Positions 52,520 through 60,963 of a stretch of DNA of 64,000 bases are shown one piece after another. Each line of letters opens with the position of its first letter. The first letter of the stretch is position 1. The stretch spans positions 192,001-256,000 of the forward strand of contig JAXMNT010000003.1 of NCBI GenBank assembly GCA_034670305.1, read 5' to 3'. The DNA comes from Deltaproteobacteria bacterium. GTDB lineage: Bacteria > Myxococcota_A > Polyangia > Polyangiales > Houyiibacteriaceae. Made by a program: the position numbers and the translations under genes. The notes beneath the pieces are model-generated. The model was not told the origin of the DNA. It searched no databases and was given only the letters and a program-made list of their open reading frames with translations.

Positions 52520-52696
52520 ATGCCCAAGTGTCAGGGATGCGGCGAAGACGTCGAGGAGCTCGAAGCCCGCAAAGTGGCCGGCAAACGCAAGAAGCTGTGT
52601 GAAGACTGCGTGGAGCTGGCCGAAGAACAGGCGGAGATCGCCGAGATGAGCGAAAACGCGATGCGGGACATGATGGAGTACAAGGGCAAGTACTGA
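52520..52696 (+). CDS. 58-aa Zn-ribbon-like protein
   Basis: AGAGGAG RBS; MPKCQGC...LCEDC...MMEYKGKY; too short for the ORF track. Confidence 0.75.
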   Translation: MPKCQGCGEDVEELEARKVAGKRKKLCEDCVELAEEQAEIAEMSENAMRDMMEYKGKY

Positions 52697-52750
52697 CGCG
52701 GGCGCATCTCCGCGTCCCCTCTTGGGGGGTGTGTCCGGGTAGGTTATCCT

Positions 52751-54343
52751 GTGCGCGTGAGCGACCCATTCCTCAGCACGCGGTCGCCCCTCGGTCCAGC
52801 CTGGACCCTCTGCGCGGTGATGCTGGCCGTGCTGGTGCCCACCACTGGATGCGCCAAGGGATCCGGGACCGGGTTCGACGTGAGCGTCGACCTCCGGACC
52901 GATCTGGTGCCGGGCGTCGAGTTCACCGCGGTGCAGGTCCGGCTGGAAGGCGAGACCACCACCCTCGAACCGGCGCACCCCGAACGCGACTACCTCGAAG
53001 GGGTCCGCGTCGCCGAGTTCGAGGGCGTCTCCGGCGGCGCGATCGAGCTGATCGTCGACGTCTCGAACGGATCCGGCGTGGTGGTGTCGCGGCGCGTCGC
53101 GGTGACCGTGCAGAACGACACCGCCGTGACCGTCGTCATCACCCGGGACTGCCGGGGCGTCGAGTGCCCGGGCGACGGCAGCACGAGCAACACCGCGTGC
53201 CTGGGCGGCGAGTGTGTGGATCCCTCGTGCACGCCCGAGACGCCCGAGTTGTGCCCGACCGCGGATTGCACCGTCGCCGCCGACTGCGACGCGCCGATGC
53301 AGGCGTGTTTGGAAGCGAACTGCATCGTCGGCCGATGTCTCTACGCGGACCGCGGCAGCTGCGGCGACGGCCGGTACTGCGACGAGCGCTCCGGCTGCGT
53401 GGACGTCGGCGTCGACGCCGGACCGATCGACGGCGGCGGCATGGATGCTGGAACCGACGCGGGTCCGTGCGGTTCGATCATGTGCGAGGGGTTCTCCATC
53501 TGCGATCCCTTCATCGGCGGGTGCGTGAGTCTGCGCGGCTGCATCGGGCCCGACGAGTGCGACAGCGGCGACATCTGCCGGAACTCGTACTGCGTGCCGG
53601 AGGACTACGACGTCGATGGCGACGGAGTGCCCGCCTCCGAAGACTGCGACGAACGAGACGCCGCCATTTCGCCCGACGCGACCGAGGTGTGCAACCTCGT
53701 CGACGACGACTGCGACATGATGGCGGACGAAGGCAACATCGGCGATCTGTGCGCGAGCGCGCCGGGCGGCGGCGAGTGCATGGACGGTGTGTGCGGCTGT
53801 CCTCCAGACCGGTTCGACGTCGATGGCGTGTCGAGCACCGGTTGCGAGTGCATGGCGTCGCCCGTCTCGACCGCCGGTCTGACGTGCGCGGAAGCGATCG
53901 ACCTCGGCTCGGTCTCCGACGTCGGCGAAATGACCATGGCGATGGCGAACGTCTTACCGGCCGACCGCGAAGTGTGGTTCCGCATCCTCGCGACCGACGC
54001 CGCGGACACCGCCTGCGACAACTTCCACGCCCGCATCCAGTTCCTCGAGAACCCGGACGACCGCTTCGAGTTCACGGTCTTCCGCGGCGGGTGCGGCGCC
54101 GCGACCTGTGCGGACATGGGCTACACGGACTTCAGCTGGGCCACCGACTTCCGCGCGACCATCGACGCGACTGAGACGGGGCAGTGTCCGTGCCTGTCGA
54201 CCGCACGCGCACCCGACGGGGTGGCGACGTGTTCGGACGACTCGTCGGTGCTGCTGGTGCGGGTGCGCCGCCGGGCGGCGGGTCCGATGCCAAGCTGCGA
54301 CGGTTTCGTCCTGGAGCTGAGCAACGGGGTCTACGACACCTGA
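52751..54343 (+). CDS. Cys-rich lipoprotein with putative metal-binding motif
   Basis: Lipobox TTGC; DCDE.DAAISP.ATEVCNLVDDDCD. Confidence 0.8.
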   Translation: MRVSDPFLSTRSPLGPAWTLCAVMLAVLVPTTGCAKGSGTGFDVSVDLRTDLVPGVEFTAVQVRLEGETTTLEPAHPERDYLEGVRVAEFEGVSGGAIELIVDVSNGSGVVVSRRVAVTVQNDTAVTVVITRDCRGVECPGDGSTSNTACLGGECVDPSCTPETPELCPTADCTVAADCDAPMQACLEANCIVGRCLYADRGSCGDGRYCDERSGCVDVGVDAGPIDGGGMDAGTDAGPCGSIMCEGFSICDPFIGGCVSLRGCIGPDECDSGDICRNSYCVPEDYDVDGDGVPASEDCDERDAAISPDATEVCNLVDDDCDMMADEGNIGDLCASAPGGGECMDGVCGCPPDRFDVDGVSSTGCECMASPVSTAGLTCAEAIDLGSVSDVGEMTMAMANVLPADREVWFRILATDAADTACDNFHARIQFLENPDDRFEFTVFRGGCGAATCADMGYTDFSWATDFRATIDATETGQCPCLSTARAPDGVATCSDDSSVLLVRVRRRAAGPMPSCDGFVLELSNGVYDT

Positions 54344-54357
54344 CCTTGGTGCGCGCC

Positions 54358-54963
54358 ATGATCGTCACTCTGCATGCCAGCCGAGCCGCGCCCCACAACT
54401 GGGTCGCCGGAGCGGACACCTTCGACGCCGCCTGGGCCGAGATCCACGCAGCGAAGCGGTGCACCGCGTCCGTGCGGGGTTCGGCGGACGTTGCCCCGGC
54501 GACACGCGTCCTCACCCTGGTCGAACGTTCGAACATGCGGGAGTTGCTCGCCCTCGCCGAACAGCTTCCGGCCGGCGCCGAGTGGTGCCTGCAGCTTCGG
54601 AGGGACGGCACCCGCAGCCCGCGGCTCGCGATGGCCGCGCCTCGGATCTTGCGGGCGGCCACCGCGGCTCAGAAGCGCGGTCTGCGGGTCGCCGTGCGCG
54701 CCGTGCCGCTCTGCCTGCTCGGGCCCTACACCGACCTGGCGCTGCCGGCGGTCCCCGTCGAAGCCGGGGGTCCCTGTGCCGAATGCCGCGCGCGTCTGCA
54801 GTGTGCCGCGCCCCATCCCGCGTATCTGACCCGGTTCGGGCCGTCCGAAGTCAGGGCCCGCGGGCCGGTCGAACTCGACGTCGCGCAACTCGAGCGCTTC
54901 GCTTGGGTGTTCGAGGACATGAACCCAGGGCCGGACAGTGCTATCTTGGGTCGCGATGGGTGA
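54358..54963 (+). CDS. Degenerate HxsC-like protein lacking the CxxxCxxC motif
   Basis: Only C-terminal features: TLHA..APH, RSN..EL, VPLC, CAECRARLQC, YLTRFG..E. Confidence 0.7.
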   Translation: MIVTLHASRAAPHNWVAGADTFDAAWAEIHAAKRCTASVRGSADVAPATRVLTLVERSNMRELLALAEQLPAGAEWCLQLRRDGTRSPRLAMAAPRILRAATAAQKRGLRVAVRAVPLCLLGPYTDLALPAVPVEAGGPCAECRARLQCAAPHPAYLTRFGPSEVRARGPVELDVAQLERFAWVFEDMNPGPDSAILGRDG

Positions 54964-55240
54964 CCACGACGATTGGGGCGACGACTTCGAAGAGGAGCTG
55001 CCTGCGTTCGCCAAGGACGCAGAAGGCGCACTCAACGGAGAACAACGCGATGTCTCGCGGCGCGCACTCGAGACCGCGGACGACGCGGTCGCCGGCGCGG
55101 ACCAGCACGGCGCACAGCACTGCAGCCACGGCAGCCACGGCTCCCATGGCTCTCACGGCAGCCATGGTTCTCACGGAAGTCATGGAAGCCACGGCTCGCA
55201 CGGAAGCCACGGCAGCCACGGCAGCCACGGTTCCTGGTAG
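54956..55240 (+). CDS. His-Xaa-Ser repeat precursor peptide (HxsA-like), 94 aa
   Basis: Acidic leader, then HCS+(HGS)x12-W with varied synonymous codons. Confidence 0.9.
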   Translation: MGDHDDWGDDFEEELPAFAKDAEGALNGEQRDVSRRALETADDAVAGADQHGAQHCSHGSHGSHGSHGSHGSHGSHGSHGSHGSHGSHGSHGSW

Positions 55241-55243
55241 CGC

Positions 55244-56317
55244 TTGGACCCCCGCGTACGATTGCCGTTGCTCGATGGCCCAGAGCTCGATGCTGGGGTG
55301 CTGGACGTCGTCGGCCGGATCTCCGAGAAGCGCGAACGGGTCCACATCCTCACCGGCGCGGTCTGCAACAACAACTGCATCTTCTGCATGGAAGAGGATC
55401 GGGACGGACGAAAGGTCCTGAACTCGCAGACGGACGACGCGATGGTCGCCCGCATCCTGAAAGAGAACACCGAGGCTGGGTCGATCTGCGAAGAGATCTG
55501 TTTCACCTCCGGCGAACCGACCACGAACCGGCGGCTCATCGCCTGGGTGAAGATGGCCAAAGCGGCGGGCGTCGAGCGCATCAGCGTGATGACCAACGGC
55601 CGGGCGCTGTCGTACGACAAGTTCACGCGCGGACTCGTCGCCGCGGGCATGAACCGCTTCTACGTGAGCATTCACGGCCACACCCAGAAACTTCACGAGT
55701 CCCTCGTGCGCACGCCGGGCGCCTTCGATCAAACGGTCGCGGGCATTCGCGAGGTGGCCAAGCTGCGACGCTACGGGGTCGAGTTGCACACCAGCACCGT
55801 GCTGACGAAGCGCAACCTTCCGCACCTGCAGGACATCTACGACTTTCTCCGTGGGCTCGGCGTGGGTCAGGTGGTCTTCAACGTGATGCAGGCCAACGGC
55901 CGCGCGGACACCCACTTCGAGCGCATCTTCCCGCGGTACTCGGACATCGCCGCGCAGGCGGCCGAGTTCGTGACGGCTGCCCAGGCCGCGTCCGGCGACG
56001 CCGAGGTGCCCGCGTTCTTCATCGACATCCCACTGTGCACCACCACCGAGCTGCCGGACTTCAACCGCGGCTACGTCGAGTCCTACAAACACTACGAACC
56101 CGACGACGGCGGCGACGGCGGCCACGACCAGCGGCTCTCGGTCCTCGACCGAGTGCAGGGCGATCTGGTCGAAGTGCGCCGGAGCGATCTGGACGACGAC
56201 CTCAGAGAGAAGCGCGACGCGTGCAGCCGCTGCAAGTACGACAAGGCCTGTGAAGGCGTCTGGGTGAACTACCTGCGCCGCTTCGGCTGGGACGAGATGG
56301 TCCCGGTCATCGACTGA
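55244..56317 (+). CDS. Radical SAM protein, HxsC-like
   Basis: CNNNCIFC, TSGEPT, TNG, VSIHG, IPLC, CSRCKYDKAC, YLRRFGWDE; starts 3 nt after the precursor stop. Confidence 0.92.
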   Translation: MDPRVRLPLLDGPELDAGVLDVVGRISEKRERVHILTGAVCNNNCIFCMEEDRDGRKVLNSQTDDAMVARILKENTEAGSICEEICFTSGEPTTNRRLIAWVKMAKAAGVERISVMTNGRALSYDKFTRGLVAAGMNRFYVSIHGHTQKLHESLVRTPGAFDQTVAGIREVAKLRRYGVELHTSTVLTKRNLPHLQDIYDFLRGLGVGQVVFNVMQANGRADTHFERIFPRYSDIAAQAAEFVTAAQAASGDAEVPAFFIDIPLCTTTELPDFNRGYVESYKHYEPDDGGDGGHDQRLSVLDRVQGDLVEVRRSDLDDDLREKRDACSRCKYDKACEGVWVNYLRRFGWDEMVPVID

Positions 56318-56442
56318 ACCACGGCAGGTGCAGCACAGGCCTGCACGACCGCCCTGGCTCGATCCGAGAGCCTGAACCCACAACTTTCACTGCTCAGCAC
56401 GGTTGCGATGGAATCGTCGCTCGTGGTGCACTTCGGGGACAG

Positions 56443-57552
56443 ATGGCGCGGATCATCGAGATGCTCTGGGACTGTTCGTCCTGCGGCACCCGCAACCGCG
56501 GGCGGGACATGCGTTGCACGATGTGCGGCTCTCCGAAGGAGGACGACGAGCGCTACGTGATGCCGGGCGACACGTCGGCGGCCCCGAGCGTGACGGACCC
56601 GAAACGACTCGCCGAAGCGCGGGCCGGACGCAACTGGCAATGCCCGTACTGCGACGGTTCGGTCCGCAACCTCCACGGCGAGTGTTCCGTGTGCGGCGGA
56701 CCGAGGACCGACCGCGCGGCGGCCGGGGAGCCGACCATCGACCTGAAGGGTGCCGCGGGCCGGCGCGCGGACAACCCGGACTTCGACAGCGAGGGCAAGG
56801 TCGTTTACCCGAGCGAACTCGACCAAGCGATCCGCCGGTTTCGGAGGGGGCGTTGGTTCGGCGTGAGCATCGTGCTGAGCATCCTGGCGGTTGTGGGCCT
56901 GTTCCTGCTCTGGTGGTTCCTGCCCCACGAGGTCGAGGTCGAGGTCGCGAGCATCGGCTGGGAACGCACGGTCGAACTCCAGCGGCGCCAGACCAACTCG
57001 GGGAGCGACTGGCGCGACCAGATGGCGGGCGGCGCATTCAACGTGTCGTGCTCGACTCGGCAGCGCGGTACCGAGAACTGCCACCCCTACACCTGCAACT
57101 GCCATCAGGTGACCGACTACTGCTCCGAGTCCTGCAACTGCCATGAGGTGTGCACGGACAACGGCAATGGCTACGCGAGCTGCAGCACCGAGTGTTCGAG
57201 CTGTCAGCACGAGTGCGGCAGCCACGAAGAGTGCGACACCTGCTACGAACAGTGCCCTGTGTACGCGGACTGGTGTTCCTACCAGTACTACACCTGGCCC
57301 ACGCTCGACCGCGAGACGACGCGGGGCAACGACCACGCGCCCTACTACAGCGACCGCCTCTTGGCCGACCCGGCCGTGAACGAGCGGCTCGTGTACGCGC
57401 AGCAGTTCGACGTGCAGTTCGAGGAGGACGACGACGTGTGGAACCACCGCCCCGATACCCTCGAGGAGTTCCTGCGTTACGACCTACACGAGACATGGCT
57501 CATCGAGGTGAACCACGCGGGCCAGGTCTGGCCACAGCACGCGGTGGAGTGA
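56443..57552 (+). CDS. Membrane-anchored Zn-ribbon / Cys-rich protein
   Basis: WDCSSC..CTMC and WQCPYC..CSVC ribbons; one TM helix; Cys-rich extracytoplasmic segment. Confidence 0.75.
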   Translation: MARIIEMLWDCSSCGTRNRGRDMRCTMCGSPKEDDERYVMPGDTSAAPSVTDPKRLAEARAGRNWQCPYCDGSVRNLHGECSVCGGPRTDRAAAGEPTIDLKGAAGRRADNPDFDSEGKVVYPSELDQAIRRFRRGRWFGVSIVLSILAVVGLFLLWWFLPHEVEVEVASIGWERTVELQRRQTNSGSDWRDQMAGGAFNVSCSTRQRGTENCHPYTCNCHQVTDYCSESCNCHEVCTDNGNGYASCSTECSSCQHECGSHEECDTCYEQCPVYADWCSYQYYTWPTLDRETTRGNDHAPYYSDRLLADPAVNERLVYAQQFDVQFEEDDDVWNHRPDTLEEFLRYDLHETWLIEVNHAGQVWPQHAVE

Positions 57553-57586
57553 CCCAGCGCGCACGCGGTCCAGCGCCGCCGACGCA

Positions 57587-59824
57587 TCAGGTCACGAGCA
57601 GGCGGGTGAGGCGCTCGCTGAACGTCAGCATCGCCTCGACCTCCGGTCGCGTGGCCAGTCGCATGAACTTGAAGACGACCAGATCGGAACCGTTGCACTC
57701 CAAGTGGTAGACCTCTTCCTCCTCCAGGAAGGCCAGTACGTCGTCGGTCAGAAACTCGCGCACCTTCTCGCTGCTCTCGCCCTTCACGACGAACCGGCGG
57801 GAGAAGTCCGTGTAGTGTTCGAAGTCCGCGTCGCGAAACCCCGCCACTTGGAGCACGCGGTCGAGCAACTCTTCCTTCTCGACGATGAGCTCTGGAAGCT
57901 CCATCGGCAGATGCAAGACCTGCGCGGTCGTGTGGTAGACCTCGGGGGTCCCCACCCCTTCGTCGAAGGTCACGTCGCAGAGCGAGAACTCCACCCGCGG
58001 GTGCTCTGCGCCACCGAGTTCGTACACCCCGCGAACGACCGTGTCGCGGTACTCGACCGGGTGAAGCCGGAAGAACCGGAAGTCGCCGAGGTCGTCGGGA
58101 TCCCACACGCGCCGCGCGTCGAACTCCCACTTCCGTTCGGCCGCGAGCTTCTCGATCTTCTTCTGCCGCGGGGTCAGGCGACGGGTGCGCAGCGGCCCTT
58201 CGATGACGTGCAGCGCGTCCGGGTGATCTGAGATCGCACGGTGGGCTTCGAGACCCAGCACGTCGAAGCGGCCACCCTCGTTCTCGCGTTCGTAGCGGCG
58301 CCCGAACTCGTGCGTGAACTCGAGGAGCGTGTGGTCCACCAGAAGCGACTGCGTGAAGTCGACGATGACGTTCTGCACGCCGCTCACCGGTTGAAGCGCT
58401 TTCTGGAGCCGGGGGATCATCAGGTAGTTCGCGACGCCTCGAACCCGCAGCAGATACGGCTTGCCCTCTTCGTGCACGGTCTCGACGGAGGTCTGCCAAA
58501 GGCGCATCAGGGACTCGCGCGCGGGCAGGTTGAGAATGATCAGGTGGCTGACCAGTTCCGAGACGAGCCCGATGAAGATGCCCCACAGCAGGCCCCAGAC
58601 CAGCGTGGCCGCCAGGGTCACGCCGAAGATCAAGAAGTGGTCCGGCCCCTTGTTGAGCGTCTCGCGCACCACGTGCGGGCCGGCGAGTTTGTAGCCGGTG
58701 TAGATCAGGATCGCGGCCAACGCCGAGAGCGGGATCAGCTGCATCACCGGCGAGATCAGAAGCACGCAGAGGCTGAGCAACAGACCCTGAAAAAAGTTCG
58801 ACCAGCCGGTCTTGGCGCCGTGGTTCAGGTTGACCGAGCTGCGCGCGATGACGGTGAGCACCGGCAACCCGCCGAGCATGCCGGACGCGATGGTGGAGAC
58901 GCCCATGCCGACCAGGTCGCGGTTCATCGAAGACTCGCGCCGGTACGGGTCGAGTCGGTCGACGGCCTTCACGCTGACGATGTTCTCGATCGAGTTCACC
59001 AAGGTGAACGTCATGACCACCATCCAGAAGCCGGCCTCTCCGATCCGCGAGAAGTCCGGCCGCACCAAGCTGCCGATCAAGTCCGCCGGGATGCTCACGC
59101 GCAGATTCTCCGCAACGCTGAGCCCCTCGAAGAACTCGACCCGTGGGCCCAGCTGCTGCACGCCGACGATCACCCCGATCGCCAGGGACACCACCCAAAG
59201 CGGTGCCGGGATGAACCGGACGAACTTCTTCTTGGTCTTGGGGTGCAGGATCAGGATCGCGAGACTGAGCACGCCGAGGATGCTCACGAACGGATCGAGC
59301 GTGGCGATCGTCGCAGGCAGCTCCTGGAACACGCCGATGGGGTTGCTGGCGGTCGCCTTCTGTCCGAGCAGCACGTGGAGTTGCTTGCCCACGATGATGA
59401 GCCCGATCGCCGCGAGCATGCCCTGGATGACAGCGCTCGGAATCACGTCGCCGACGCGGCCGAGACGGAGCACCCCGAAGAGCACCTGGACCGCGCCCGC
59501 CACCACGATGGCACCGAGCACATGCGGGAACGCTTCGGCCCCCCCGCCAAACGCCAGGAAGGCGGAGGCGACGATGACGATCAGGCTGTTGCCGGGTCCG
59601 TTGATCGCGACGTGGGTTCCGCGGACGAAGGTCCCGATGAAACCCGCGACGGCCACCGATACGAGGCCGGAGATCGGGGGCGCACCGGCCGCCATCGCGA
59701 TGCCGAGCGCCAGCGGCAGCGCCACGAGCGCCACGCTCAGACCGGCGATCGCATCGTTGCGCCAGTGGTCTCGGAGCCCGCGCAGATTGGTTCGCGGAAC
59801 CTCCGACGCGTCGATGCTCATCAT
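57587..59824 (-). CDS. SulP-family anion transporter with STAS domain and C-terminal extension
   Basis: DAIAGLSVALVALPLALGIA.A.GAPP..GL, GMLAAIG, LGGLP...VIARSS.N; STAS VIVDF. Confidence 0.93.
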   Translation of the reverse strand: MMSIDASEVPRTNLRGLRDHWRNDAIAGLSVALVALPLALGIAMAAGAPPISGLVSVAVAGFIGTFVRGTHVAINGPGNSLIVIVASAFLAFGGGAEAFPHVLGAIVVAGAVQVLFGVLRLGRVGDVIPSAVIQGMLAAIGLIIVGKQLHVLLGQKATASNPIGVFQELPATIATLDPFVSILGVLSLAILILHPKTKKKFVRFIPAPLWVVSLAIGVIVGVQQLGPRVEFFEGLSVAENLRVSIPADLIGSLVRPDFSRIGEAGFWMVVMTFTLVNSIENIVSVKAVDRLDPYRRESSMNRDLVGMGVSTIASGMLGGLPVLTVIARSSVNLNHGAKTGWSNFFQGLLLSLCVLLISPVMQLIPLSALAAILIYTGYKLAGPHVVRETLNKGPDHFLIFGVTLAATLVWGLLWGIFIGLVSELVSHLIILNLPARESLMRLWQTSVETVHEEGKPYLLRVRGVANYLMIPRLQKALQPVSGVQNVIVDFTQSLLVDHTLLEFTHEFGRRYERENEGGRFDVLGLEAHRAISDHPDALHVIEGPLRTRRLTPRQKKIEKLAAERKWEFDARRVWDPDDLGDFRFFRLHPVEYRDTVVRGVYELGGAEHPRVEFSLCDVTFDEGVGTPEVYHTTAQVLHLPMELPELIVEKEELLDRVLQVAGFRDADFEHYTDFSRRFVVKGESSEKVREFLTDDVLAFLEEEEVYHLECNGSDLVVFKFMRLATRPEVEAMLTFSERLTRLLVT

Positions 59825-60064
59825 GTTGTACGCCCCACGCGGCGGGACCCTAGCAGGCTCGGGCGAAAGTCCCACCGAGGGTGCCTGGAGGTTTGCTCGG
59901 AGAAACCGCCGATCGACGGAGATGCTGTCCTCAGGGCGGAGCGGAGGGCAGCCACGACCAACTCGAAGCCGGTTGGACCATGCGGTACTGGGATCCGCTC
60001 CGCGCGTTCCTGGCCTGACCGAACGTTGCTCGCGCGGGCATGGGGGCCGTGATACCGAAGACGG

Positions 60065-60787
60065 ATGCGCACCTTGGTCCTCGCGTCCAGCCTCTTCACG
60101 TTGGCTTGCGGCCCGTCCGATGGGACGCCCGTCGAAGCCGAGCCGGCCGAACGGGAACCGCTGACGGAAGTGGAGGCGGCCGAGACGCCAGCGGCCAACG
60201 AAGCCGAAGCCGAAGCCGACGAAGTCATGGCTCGGCCGCGCGAGGACATGCTCGCCACGCGACTGACGCTCGCCGCCGGACCGATCGAGGCGGTGGCGGA
60301 GCTCCGGTTCACGTTCGTGGTGACCGTCGGTGGCGAAGAGAGGGTCCGGCGCGCACACGCGTGGTGCCCCGAGCGCGCTTCCGCCCGAGTGACCGCAGGG
60401 GAGACAACCACGCTTGTCGCGACGAACGCCGAGCCGGACGACGAACGACGCGAAGCGTACGAGCAGTTCATCAACGACTCGTACTGGCTCCTTGTCCCCA
60501 CGAAGCTCTTCGATCCAGGCGTGCATCGCGCGATGGAGGGCGGCGACCTTCGACTCACGTTCGTGGACGTCGGCGTCACACCGGGCGACACCTACTGGCT
60601 CGAGACGGAGGGTGACCACATTTCGGGCTGGCGCTTCCGGCTCGAGAGCGGCCGCGAGGGGTCGTTCGCCTTCGAGGACCGCACGACCGTGGGCCCACTC
60701 ACGCTCGCGCTCACCAAACGGTCCCGCGACGGCGACGCCGTGATCGCGTTCGAAGAGGTCGCCGTGGCCGACACCTGTTCGCTCTAG
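60065..60787 (+). CDS. Hypothetical lipoprotein
   Basis: Lipobox TLAC; FINDSYWLLVP.KL.DPGV, GVTPGDTYW. Confidence 0.8.
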   Translation: MRTLVLASSLFTLACGPSDGTPVEAEPAEREPLTEVEAAETPAANEAEAEADEVMARPREDMLATRLTLAAGPIEAVAELRFTFVVTVGGEERVRRAHAWCPERASARVTAGETTTLVATNAEPDDERREAYEQFINDSYWLLVPTKLFDPGVHRAMEGGDLRLTFVDVGVTPGDTYWLETEGDHISGWRFRLESGREGSFAFEDRTTVGPLTLALTKRSRDGDAVIAFEEVAVADTCSL

Positions 60788-60963
60788 CCACCTGCGAACC
60801 TCTCACCCGAGCCGAGCTCGGACCTTGATGGTCGAACTATCCACCCCTACCGAAACCGATGGGGTCCGCCCACCGCGGGTGGGCGATCGGCCACACGCAA
60901 AGGTGCGAAGATCCAGCCGTTTTGGGCGGCGGGGGTGTGCATGGATCTTGCGTTGTCAGCAGT

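Noticed and set aside
49097-52978. Very long antisense or alternate-frame ORFs (also 11029-13839, 29841-32729, 36037-38820)
   Set aside because: These are Arg/Pro-rich shadow frames of GC-rich genes with no motifs, overlapping well-supported CDSs.
55118-55234. HGS region as a simple 9-bp VNTR
   Set aside because: Among the 12 HGS units, variation is confined to synonymous changes in one frame, which supports a coding function.
56443-57552. Cys-rich protein as a second RiPP precursor
   Set aside because: At 369 aa with Zn ribbons and a TM helix it looks like a membrane protein; nothing beyond adjacency links it to the cluster.
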